From positions 64,001 to 128,000 of IMG/VR virus record IMGVR_UViG_3300008954_000002: a stretch of DNA of 64,000 bases; one strand, 5' to 3'. The DNA comes from a virus. The position numbers were made by a program, and so were the translations under genes. Positions 17,302-25,395 of the stretch are shown here, piece by piece (within the stretch, counting starts at the first letter, position 1; each line of letters starts with the position of its first letter). A model generated the notes under the pieces. That model saw nothing but the letters and a program-made list of their open reading frames with translations, did no database searches and was not told where the DNA came from.

Positions 17302-18141
17302 ATGGAAAACCTAGCTAAACAATTAAAAGCCTACATATACTTAAGCCTAATACTCCTATTTATATTTTCTACAGGCTATTTTGTAGCGAGTAAAAAAGCA
17401 TCCTCTGTATATAAAGCCCTATCTCTTGACAAGAGCACCATAGAGGGAGAACTGCAGAAGGCGAAGAACAAGACAAGTAGTCTAAACAAGCTCCTATCTG
17501 AGAGCAGCAAGGAAACTGAAGAACTAAAACAACTGATACAGGTCCTTGAAGATAGGCCAGCAGAGGTGCGCTATATTGTAAGAACCGAAACCATTATAGA
17601 GGGTGGTACTGAAACCACTGCTACCCTACCTGCATCATATCTTTATAGGTTTGATAGTGGGTTAGCAGTTGCACATTTCTTATCAGAAGCAACCTCATAT
17701 ACCTTTGAAATCTTTGATCTAAAGTTCAAGAGTCAAGTCTTAATAAGCGAAGACACTACAGGCGTACTTCTGTCAGCCACCTCTTCCTTTGAGCCAAGCA
17801 TAGAAGTGCCAATTCCTCTTAACGATATTACAGTTACAAAAGTTAGAGAGCATAATCTCTTTGAACCACATGTACTGATAAGTGGCACCTTATCGCTTCC
17901 TACACTAGACGCTTCTGTCTCACTGTCTACTTCGCTCATACACCCAACAGCCTACCTAGACATCCTCTCTTTAAGAGGTTCTGTCAGTAGAGATAATATT
18001 CGTATAGGTATAGATCCAGTAAGCTACAACATAGGGCATAAGCTCCCCATCATAACTGACTTATGGATAACTGGCGGAGCTTCTATAGGTACCGGTAGCA
18101 CCGTGTATAGTGGCGACCTAAGCATGGGGAGCAAGTTCTAG
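17302..18141 (+). CDS. Membrane-anchored coiled-coil protein with C-terminal beta strands (spanin-like?)
   Basis: N-terminal TM, coiled coil, amphipathic strands, terminal Phe. Confidence 0.6.
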   Translation: MENLAKQLKAYIYLSLILLFIFSTGYFVASKKASSVYKALSLDKSTIEGELQKAKNKTSSLNKLLSESSKETEELKQLIQVLEDRPAEVRYIVRTETIIEGGTETTATLPASYLYRFDSGLAVAHFLSEATSYTFEIFDLKFKSQVLISEDTTGVLLSATSSFEPSIEVPIPLNDITVTKVREHNLFEPHVLISGTLSLPTLDASVSLSTSLIHPTAYLDILSLRGSVSRDNIRIGIDPVSYNIGHKLPIITDLWITGGASIGTGSTVYSGDLSMGSKF

Positions 18142-18142
18142 A

Positions 18143-18889
18143 GTGCTTACCCCTGCAACAGCAGGCAAGACGCTGTCAGAGGAGCGTTTAAGAGCCTTTG
18201 TGAAGTGTTCTGAGTACTACTATAGAGGGGGTGAGCATAGAGGCTCTTTTTTCTTAGAGGTTGCCAAGGCTACATATGAGCGCGTTGTGGTGACCTCCCT
18301 ACGTAAACCGCATAGCATAATCGACTATCATAAAATCTTACTAAAGGTGATGGCACTCAAGGGACAGGAAGAAGATTTGCTTGAACCACAAATCAACGCC
18401 TATCTCAACCAGTGCACCTTATACTTAAAAGATCTATTTGAAGTGCTGCCTATACAAAACTATATACCTATTTATGGTCCTATAGCACCAGTAGTGCGTG
18501 TTTCCAAAACGCCAATACAGCTCCAGATATCTGGTCTATTGCGCTCACAAACCACCCAGACACTGCATGCAATTGCCTTTGTGCCAGCTAGCAATGCTTA
18601 CGAGCACTGTATAGCTAACGATCCGGCCCTACATTTAAAGCTAAAGATACTTAAACCATTTGTTGCCAAGCACATGAGATCGGGTAGGCCACAAGTAAAA
18701 ATGCATGTTTTTGCGCATGATAAGAGGAACCAAATGGTATACGAGTGCTACGACTCTAATCAGACCAACCTAACCCTTCTTAAAAGAATAGAAGGAGTCA
18801 TTAAAACAATAGAAACAGGGCATCATTATCCTGTGCTACCCTGTCTATATAAATGCCCATACAAATCCAACTGCTACCCTAATGAATAA
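18143..18889 (+). CDS. Degenerate PD-(D/E)XK/Cas4-like protein
   Basis: SEERLRAFVKC at the N-terminus and CLYKCPYKSNC at the C-terminus; no clear catalytic D/ExK. Confidence 0.55.
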   Translation: MLTPATAGKTLSEERLRAFVKCSEYYYRGGEHRGSFFLEVAKATYERVVVTSLRKPHSIIDYHKILLKVMALKGQEEDLLEPQINAYLNQCTLYLKDLFEVLPIQNYIPIYGPIAPVVRVSKTPIQLQISGLLRSQTTQTLHAIAFVPASNAYEHCIANDPALHLKLKILKPFVAKHMRSGRPQVKMHVFAHDKRNQMVYECYDSNQTNLTLLKRIEGVIKTIETGHHYPVLPCLYKCPYKSNCYPNE

Positions 18890-19200
18890 TGTCTAAAGCT
18901 TTTAGTACCAAATTTATCTTAGTCAATGATATCCAACAAGCGCTTGATCCCAATATATTCGGAGGAGGGCCTTGGATACATTTGGCAACCGTTGTGAGAG
19001 GATTCAAAGAGTATATCTGCTTTAAACATAGCAAGACAGATAAGATCTATATCGAACTAGTGGACCCTACTCACACAACACTCTTTAAACAAATAGATAG
19101 TCAAACAGAACTATACGACATTGAAAAATTCTTACAAGAAGCAGGAGTACTTAAACTACTGCCTGGCAAGGAGTTTAAACTTGCAGGACAAAAGAAGTAA
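18889..19200 (+). CDS. Hypothetical protein
   Basis: Coupled ORF (TAATG). Confidence 0.7.
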   Translation: MSKAFSTKFILVNDIQQALDPNIFGGGPWIHLATVVRGFKEYICFKHSKTDKIYIELVDPTHTTLFKQIDSQTELYDIEKFLQEAGVLKLLPGKEFKLAGQKK

Positions 19201-19615
19201 ATGGAAAACTCAATTTGATCTAACAGAATCTGCATCTCTATTCCATAATGAAGTAAGAGATATATTTGCTAACGACTTATTCTTTAAGCATTTACACTGC
19301 TTCCAAGAGGTCCCCGTATCTGGCATAGTAACCGGCTATCAGTATAACAACCACCATGTCGACTGGTATATTGATGAGCTAGGCACAGTACTAGAACTGC
19401 ATGGACGCCAACACTACAACATAACAAATTTTGGCAATAGCCCCTACCACAAAGCCAAATCTGATTTTCACCAAATGCAGCACAGAGACAACCTTAAAAA
19501 AACAGCCATTGAAGAGGCGGGGCTAGAGTATAGAGAGGTAAGCTATAAGCTCTCTGGCAAGCTAGATGGTAAAACACTAAAAGATATTATATTCAACAGG
19601 AGCTCTAATGGATAG
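19181..19615 (+). CDS. Vsr/DUF559-like endonuclease
   Basis: QEVPV..VDWYI..LELHGRQHY..RDNLK; TTG 19181 after AAGGAG. Confidence 0.75.
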   Translation: MQDKRSKWKTQFDLTESASLFHNEVRDIFANDLFFKHLHCFQEVPVSGIVTGYQYNNHHVDWYIDELGTVLELHGRQHYNITNFGNSPYHKAKSDFHQMQHRDNLKKTAIEEAGLEYREVSYKLSGKLDGKTLKDIIFNRSSNG

Positions 19616-20243
19616 TATACATGATGTCCTCGCAGAACTTGCCCAAGAAGAGCCTATAGAAATATGGAATCCAAGAGATATACTCTACTATGGCCCTGTC
19701 AGACGCACACTTGCTCTAGTGGGGGAAATCAACCAAGAGAGTGCCACACCCCTAATGTCCCAGCTGCTGGAGCTTGAGCATAGGGGGGCGGGCGAACCCA
19801 TCCGCTTGTACATCAATACAGAGGGAGGCGCTCTAACAGACACCTTTGCAATCTATGACGTTATGCGCGGCATAACGTCGCCAATCATAACAATTGCTAC
19901 AGGCATATGTGCCTCTGCGGGGTTGCTGCTCCTTTCAGCGGGCGATCTCCGTCTAGCAACACCCAATACTCTCTTTTTCTATCACCAGCCTATAATGCCA
20001 GTAGATGGCTTTATATCTAGAGAGCAGGTAGACGATGCCAAGCTGTCCTACTATAGAATGCAAAATTCTTATGATGAGCTTCTTGTAAAGCGTTGCAAGA
20101 TCAAGAAACGTGTTTGGACTCAAGAATTTGAAGGTAAGATTGCTAAGAACTTTAACGCCCAAGAGGCCCTTGAATACGGCTTCGTACATACTCTAATGCC
20201 AGAAGCTAAAAAGAAGAAACTAACCTGGAGTGACAATGGCTAG
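19608..20243 (+). CDS. clpP: ClpP-like protease
   Basis: LYINTEGG, AIYDVM, GICASAG (Ser), YHQP (His), AQEALEYG. Confidence 0.85.
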   Translation: MDSIHDVLAELAQEEPIEIWNPRDILYYGPVRRTLALVGEINQESATPLMSQLLELEHRGAGEPIRLYINTEGGALTDTFAIYDVMRGITSPIITIATGICASAGLLLLSAGDLRLATPNTLFFYHQPIMPVDGFISREQVDDAKLSYYRMQNSYDELLVKRCKIKKRVWTQEFEGKIAKNFNAQEALEYGFVHTLMPEAKKKKLTWSDNG

Positions 20244-20607
20244 TCGTGGACGAGGTGCCAGAGCAAAGGGTGCCAACTTTGAAAGAGAGCTTGCTAAAAT
20301 AATACAAGCTGCTACTGGCTTAGACGCTAAGCGCGGCTTAGCTCAAACCCGTGGTGGTGGAGCTGAAGTTTCCGATGTAGAAGTGGACTACATACACATC
20401 GAGGCCAAAAGACACAAGCGCTGCAACATCAAAGCTGCCCTTAGGCAGGCTATAACAGATTCTACCGTAAGTGGTAAGATACCTGTAGTGATAACAAAAG
20501 ACGACAGAGAGCCAATACTGGTCACTATGCTAATGGAGGACTGGATAGAGTTTTTCAAAGCACGAATAGCGCAAGACGATGTACAAAATACTACCAACAG
20601 ATGTTAG
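20236..20607 (+). CDS. Holliday junction resolvase-like PD-(D/E)XK nuclease
   Basis: KGANFERELA, SD, IEAKR. Confidence 0.8.
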   Translation: MASRGRGARAKGANFERELAKIIQAATGLDAKRGLAQTRGGGAEVSDVEVDYIHIEAKRHKRCNIKAALRQAITDSTVSGKIPVVITKDDREPILVTMLMEDWIEFFKARIAQDDVQNTTNRC

Positions 20608-21268
20608 GCCGATGCCACTAGTGGTGACTAGTGAGGAATATGCTCAGGAGTTTAAGCTAGCAGTCGCCTCCGCCGACTCAGACATCACAAAGCTATTAGA
20701 GGTTTCACAACCCTATTTAGATCAGTGGGAGCAACAACTCACGCATGTTGATACAGAAAAAGAACTAAACTATATTATCTTGTGCAGACTACTTTCCCCT
20801 AAAGAACCAGAAAAGGCGTTAGAGATGATAGCCGCATGGGTCAAGTGGGCAGAGACCTCATCTTCTGTTAAAGAAGAACTACAATACCTCTTCTTGCAAA
20901 GAATAAGAAGGTTTAAATATAGCCCTACCCTTGCCAGACCTGTCACGATAGAGTATGTAATAGCTAGGGATTTTAAATATGGTCTTCACCACTTCATTTC
21001 ATACGCATATGCCAAACGACAAAGAGATGCTCTAGACAGAGCTGAAAGCACAGATACTATTGAGCTTTCCTACGTACCAACTATTCCAGACTACTTATTA
21101 ATGAACAACATGAAGTTAAACAGATGGCAGTCCTATCTGTTCCAACTTATGCTAGATAGAGATACTTCTACTAGCAGAGCTAAACTATCTCACTATAAGA
21201 GAAGCAATCTCTTTCATGAGGAAAAGAAAATATGGCAATTACTAAACAAGAAGCTATCCGACAGCTAG
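20579..21268 (+). CDS. Hypothetical protein, possibly a divergent sigma-factor-like regulator
   Basis: Helical; C-terminal LNRWQSYLFQL..RAKL..SNLFHEEKKI resembles a region-4 HTH. Confidence 0.45.
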   Translation: MYKILPTDVRPMPLVVTSEEYAQEFKLAVASADSDITKLLEVSQPYLDQWEQQLTHVDTEKELNYIILCRLLSPKEPEKALEMIAAWVKWAETSSSVKEELQYLFLQRIRRFKYSPTLARPVTIEYVIARDFKYGLHHFISYAYAKRQRDALDRAESTDTIELSYVPTIPDYLLMNNMKLNRWQSYLFQLMLDRDTSTSRAKLSHYKRSNLFHEEKKIWQLLNKKLSDS

Positions 21269-21732
21269 ACCGTCCGGGTACGCTTACCCATCAGGAAGCA
21301 CTAGTTAGAAAGATAACTGACGCAGATACAAGAACCAAAATAATCAAGCGTCCTATCCCTGGCGGAAAGACTATGGCCTCACAGCTATCTGAGTCTAAGC
21401 TTCCAGGCGCTGTCTACAATTGGCTCAGGGGATGCCGCCATTTTACAGAAGCTACAATATCCCTTACCTCTGATATCTCTGCTCATGAGACTCGTGAGCA
21501 TACTGCTGTAGACTTTGACGCTAGTAGCAAACATCCAGAATGGGATCTAAGAGGCAAGCGTTGGCTTGCAGATCGTGTTGCTGAAACACTTGCCACTGAC
21601 AATCTCTTAGCAGTGCATATTAAACGCGAAGGAATAACTGCAGTAGTAGATACTGATGGAACATTCTCTCCAGAGGCAGAGAGCTGGGAACCCTATATTC
21701 AGTTCACAGTATTTAAGCCACCCGTCTTCTAG
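21232..21732 (+). CDS. Hypothetical protein
   Basis: ORF with GAGG SD. Confidence 0.7.
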   Translation: MAITKQEAIRQLDRPGTLTHQEALVRKITDADTRTKIIKRPIPGGKTMASQLSESKLPGAVYNWLRGCRHFTEATISLTSDISAHETREHTAVDFDASSKHPEWDLRGKRWLADRVAETLATDNLLAVHIKREGITAVVDTDGTFSPEAESWEPYIQFTVFKPPVF

Positions 21733-21740
21733 GCAGCCAA

Positions 21741-21902
21741 ATGACCAAAGAAGAAAGACTACAAGCCAGAATTGATATCCTATCGCAAGAAAATATAGAG
21801 CTTCAGAAAGAGCTCTATGTGCTCAAGACACAATATGAAGAGCTACTTAAAACAAGTCGGTCCTCACAGCCAGATGGAACTAAGCTAGTATTTAGAGATT
21901 AG
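21741..21902 (+). CDS. Small coiled-coil protein (53 aa), not in the ORF track
   Basis: MTKEERLQARIDILSQENIELQKELYVLKTQYEELLK...; fills the gap between genes. Confidence 0.6.
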   Translation: MTKEERLQARIDILSQENIELQKELYVLKTQYEELLKTSRSSQPDGTKLVFRD

Positions 21903-21903
21903 T

Positions 21904-22839
21904 ATGGCAAAAACAACTATTAAAGGATCAGCAATCTTTGACGACACCGTTACTGGTGATGACGTTAATGAAGACACTCTCATATTGTCCTTTATAAGAG
22001 ATGTTGATGGCGATACGAAGATACAATGTGAAGAAGCTGCTGATGAAGATACTATAAGATTCGACACAGCAGGCTCTGAAAGAGCAGTGATAACAAGTGC
22101 AGGTAGCGTTGGAATTGGGAGCGCATCTCCCGATAGAAAGCTAGACATATTAGATGCTACAGCCCCACAGCTAAGGCTTACCCACACAGACAACACCAAT
22201 TACGTAGACCTATTGTCAACAGATAATGGCGACTTTGAGATTACAGGCTCAGCTACTAACCCCAACTATAAATTCGTTGGCACTAACGGAAACGTAGCTC
22301 TGCTTGTGCAGTCTGATGCAACTGAGGGTGACGCTCAGCTGGGCTTCAGTGTAGACGCAGGCGCTACACTGGCTTTCTCTATCGGCGTAGACGATAGCGA
22401 TAGCGACAAGTTCAAGATTGGCAGCAGCCTTATAGATGTAGATACATCTGTAACTATAGACTCTTCACAAAATGTAGGCATTGGCACAACAGTTCCCCGC
22501 TCAAGACTAAGCCTTAAGGGTTCTTTTTCAAGAGTACTTAGATCTACAAATAGCAATACTACACTTACAATAAGTGACTCAACAGTTCTTATTGATGCTA
22601 GTGGAGGAAATGTAACTGTTACACTCCCCTCTGCCTCCGGTATTACAGGGCGTATGTACACAGTAAAAAGAACTGACACCACTGGAAGCTATACTGCAAC
22701 CCTAGCAGTCGCAACAGGAGACGCTTTAGAAGGCGTTACCAACGACACAGCTAGCATTGCCCAAGGGCAAGCCCTCACTGTGCAGTGCACGGGAAGTGGC
22801 TGGGTTATAACAGCAGAATATATAGCGCCCCTACCGTAG
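21904..22839 (+). CDS. Tail fibre-like protein
   Basis: DGDTKIQ, IRFDTAGSER, VGIG..P repeats, C-terminal DASGGNVTVTLPSA..YTVKRTD. Confidence 0.8.
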   Translation: MAKTTIKGSAIFDDTVTGDDVNEDTLILSFIRDVDGDTKIQCEEAADEDTIRFDTAGSERAVITSAGSVGIGSASPDRKLDILDATAPQLRLTHTDNTNYVDLLSTDNGDFEITGSATNPNYKFVGTNGNVALLVQSDATEGDAQLGFSVDAGATLAFSIGVDDSDSDKFKIGSSLIDVDTSVTIDSSQNVGIGTTVPRSRLSLKGSFSRVLRSTNSNTTLTISDSTVLIDASGGNVTVTLPSASGITGRMYTVKRTDTTGSYTATLAVATGDALEGVTNDTASIAQGQALTVQCTGSGWVITAEYIAPLP

Positions 22840-22852
22840 AGAGAGTAAATTT

Positions 22853-23413
22853 ATGCGAGTCTTAGTCGCTTGTGAATACAGTGGCACTGTTAGAGAAGCG
22901 TTTGCTAGAGAAGGCCACGACGCCATGTCTTGTGACCTCCTGCCAACAGAGATAGTTGGCAATCACTACCAAGGCTGTATATCAGATATACTTGATAACA
23001 AATGGGACATGCTGATTGCTTTTCCCCCATGTACACACCTTGCAAGTAGTGGGGCGCGGTGGTTTCCTGCGAAAAGAGCAGACGGAAGACAGCAAGCTGG
23101 TATTGACTTCTTCCTTTCCTTGGCTAATGCAAACATTCCACGCATTGCTATTGAAAACCCTATTGGTATTATGTCCACTCATTATCGAAAGCCAGATCAA
23201 ATTATCCAGCCTTGGCAATTTGGACATGGCGAGACAAAGGCCACCTGCCTCTGGCTTAAGGAGCTGCCACTACTTGTGCCTACCCAAATCGTTGAGGGAC
23301 GTGAACAACGCATCTGGAGGCTACCTCCTAGCAAGGATAGGTGGAAAATTAGAAGCAGAACTTTTCAAGGCATTGCTAATGCTATGGCGCAACAGTGGGG
23401 TAGCCACTTGTAG
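22853..23413 (+). CDS. Short phage C5-cytosine methyltransferase-like protein
   Basis: MRVLVACEYSG, SCDL, FPPCTHL, IENP, RSRTF. Confidence 0.85.
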   Translation: MRVLVACEYSGTVREAFAREGHDAMSCDLLPTEIVGNHYQGCISDILDNKWDMLIAFPPCTHLASSGARWFPAKRADGRQQAGIDFFLSLANANIPRIAIENPIGIMSTHYRKPDQIIQPWQFGHGETKATCLWLKELPLLVPTQIVEGREQRIWRLPPSKDRWKIRSRTFQGIANAMAQQWGSHL

Positions 23414-23421
23414 TACCCCTT

Positions 23422-23506
23422 GGAGGCATGACCGAGTGGCCGATGGTGGTGACCTGCTAAGTCACTGTAGCGAAAGCTACCGTAGGTTCGAATCCTACTG
23501 CCTCCG
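23422..23506 (+). tRNA. tRNA-Ser(GCT)
   Basis: Acceptor stem GGAGGCA/TGCCTCC, anticodon arm GTGAC-CTGCTAA-GTCAC, long variable arm GTAGC-GAAA-GCTAC, T arm GTAGG-TTCGAAT-CCTAC, discriminator G; CCA not encoded. Confidence 0.95.
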
Positions 23507-23525
23507 CCCCCATTCCTACTCTATG

Positions 23526-23556
23526 AAACAGGCTAGCAATGCTAGCCTGTTTTTTT
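23526..23556. terminator. Bidirectional intrinsic terminator at the junction of the two modules
   Basis: AAACAGGCTAGC-AAT-GCTAGCCTGTTT followed by a T run. Confidence 0.85.
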
Positions 23557-23570
23557 ACTTAAGAAGCTAC

Positions 23571-23795
23571 CTAATCCCCACCATGGGTCTTCCATAGGTC
23601 TATTGCCTCTTCATACTCGGGTACAAGCTCTTCCTCAAGCACTTCTTCAAGACAGCCAATACCAGCTTGCCGATAGTCACAGTACTCACACTGTTGTGGA
23701 TCCTGCATAGCGAGACCACAAAGAGGACAGTACTCAATCCCTTCTAAAAGATCATCTTTCTTCTTGCCATTGATAGGATACTTCATAAACTTCAT
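23571..23795 (-). CDS. Small Zn-ribbon protein
   Basis: CPLCG...CEYC. Confidence 0.65.
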   Translation of the reverse strand: MKFMKYPINGKKKDDLLEGIEYCPLCGLAMQDPQQCEYCDYRQAGIGCLEEVLEEELVPEYEEAIDLWKTHGGD

Positions 23796-23810
23796 TATAC
23801 TTCCCCTACT

Positions 23811-24035
23811 TTAAGTAAGAGGCTCTTCCTCAATCGCAGTTACACGCGCAGTGAGAGAAGTAAGAGTATTCTTTATGTCTTGCAAGTCTGTTTGCAAAAC
23901 TACTAGTAACTCTTGTACTTGATCAATAGTAGCAAGCCTATCAATAGCTACAACAATATTATTGTGATTCTCTTCTAAGGCAGTTAGCCGTGAAAGAATA
24001 CTTGTATACTTGGTCTCGTTAAATGTGAAAGCCAT
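23811..24035 (-). CDS. Small coiled-coil protein
   Basis: Heptad pattern; AGGAG SD. Confidence 0.75.
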   Translation of the reverse strand: MAFTFNETKYTSILSRLTALEENHNNIVVAIDRLATIDQVQELLVVLQTDLQDIKNTLTSLTARVTAIEEEPLT

Positions 24036-24043
24036 ACGTACTC

Positions 24044-24406
24044 CTAAGCAAAAACGAACTCTACCATCTTAGCAAGTGCAGCTACTATACCGCCACCAAG
24101 GCCACCGTAGAGCACCTTCTCGGCTAGAGATATTCTAACAGAGACTATATCTTTCTCCAACTCCTCTATCTTATCGTCTAGCTTAGTTACCTGAGTGTTA
24201 ATAGTTGACATTGCTTGAGAGTCTAACGACTGCTTCTCTTTAACATCACTTTGCTTTTCAATAAGCTCATCAATCTTGTTGATAAGACGATTAAGTGATT
24301 CTTCAAACTTCTTCTCTAATGCTTCAAGCCTAAACGCCATGACGGCAAGCTCAGCCATAAGCTTAGCCAAGTCTGCAGACTGATTCGGATCGTTATTCTG
24401 AGGCAT
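24044..24406 (-). CDS. Coiled-coil protein with C-terminal TM (holin/XhlA-like)
   Basis: Long coiled coil then VLYGGLGGGIVAALA; start at 24406 or 24424. Confidence 0.6.
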   Translation of the reverse strand: MPQNNDPNQSADLAKLMAELAVMAFRLEALEKKFEESLNRLINKIDELIEKQSDVKEKQSLDSQAMSTINTQVTKLDDKIEELEKDIVSVRISLAEKVLYGGLGGGIVAALAKMVEFVFA

Positions 24407-24842
24407 CTTGATCTGTACATCCAATGAGTTGATTTAGCTTATTAATTAAACCATTAACCTGGTCATCATAAGAAGCAGCTTTTACTGCAAAGGTCTCTAA
24501 AGCGACTTGACGCTTATGAATAATTGTCTCTACTGCATCAATAGCAATAGCAGGTATAGCCTTGTCATCAATATACATATCAGCAGCGGGCTTACCAAAA
24601 CAGATCTCATCATATTCAAAGCCCCACTCATCTAACTGATCTAAGGTAAGCTTACCAATTCTTGCTAAGGCTTCATTTACATTGCCAGCAGTGCGACCCA
24701 TTCCGCGAGCAGTATATATAATTACTACATGCCCCTCCTCTCTTAAGGATATAAGCAGCTCACGAGCCTTATCAAAGGGAGTAGCATCCTCATAAGGATG
24801 TCCTGTGCAAAGAGTATTATCTAAATCAAAACAAATACGCAT
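24393..24842 (-). CDS. HAD-family phosphatase (capsule-biosynthesis type)
   Basis: FDLDNTL, YTARG, GKP..DMYIDDK; TAATG coupling. Confidence 0.85.
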   Translation of the reverse strand: MRICFDLDNTLCTGHPYEDATPFDKARELLISLREEGHVVIIYTARGMGRTAGNVNEALARIGKLTLDQLDEWGFEYDEICFGKPAADMYIDDKAIPAIAIDAVETIIHKRQVALETFAVKAASYDDQVNGLINKLNQLIGCTDQDASE

Positions 24843-25354
24843 TAGCTCATCTCTCCGTACCACTTACTGTTCTGATCCTGAATATCAATAGAATTAAGTT
24901 CATAGCGTATACGATTGCTTAATTTACTAAGACTTCCTTTGGGATCTCTTACTATAGATTCATAACTTATAGCAGTGTAATTATAGCCCAAACTATATAA
25001 TTCGCTATATATTAAGTTGTATGCTCTCTTAATATTAGCATAGGCTTCATCCATATCTAGAACATGCTTATGGCTTACTTGTGAACAAGCAGTAGGGTAC
25101 CAATCTCTGTTGATAACTACAAAAGCAGGACTATACCCTTGATCTAAAATGCCTGTTGTCCAAGAATATACAGAAGGCCAGCTCTTAGCATGGGGAACAC
25201 TTCTTCGCCAAACTATGAATCGTCCTTGTAGGGGAGCATTATCCCACAGCTGAGTATGAGTAGCTTGCCCATCACATCCTGAAGCAATAAAGATCTGTGT
25301 CATCATCTTGGTACCAGACGACTCTGCTCCTATTATTAGAAAAGCTCTCTTCAC
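24842..25354 (-). CDS. Sulfotransferase-like protein
   Basis: IIGAESSGT (5'-PSB-like), INRD....S, SYESIVRDP. Confidence 0.6.
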   Translation of the reverse strand: MKRAFLIIGAESSGTKMMTQIFIASGCDGQATHTQLWDNAPLQGRFIVWRRSVPHAKSWPSVYSWTTGILDQGYSPAFVVINRDWYPTACSQVSHKHVLDMDEAYANIKRAYNLIYSELYSLGYNYTAISYESIVRDPKGSLSKLSNRIRYELNSIDIQDQNSKWYGEMS

Positions 25355-25395
25355 AGCTAAAAGATCCTTATGCGTTCTATCTAGTTCAAATTAAT

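Noticed and set aside
23422-23510. tRNA as a prophage attachment site
   Set aside because: No integrase and no duplicated tRNA 3' end seen; phage genes lie on both sides
23016-23597. 193-aa + strand ORF
   Set aside because: It overlaps the methyltransferase out of frame and runs through the tRNA and terminator
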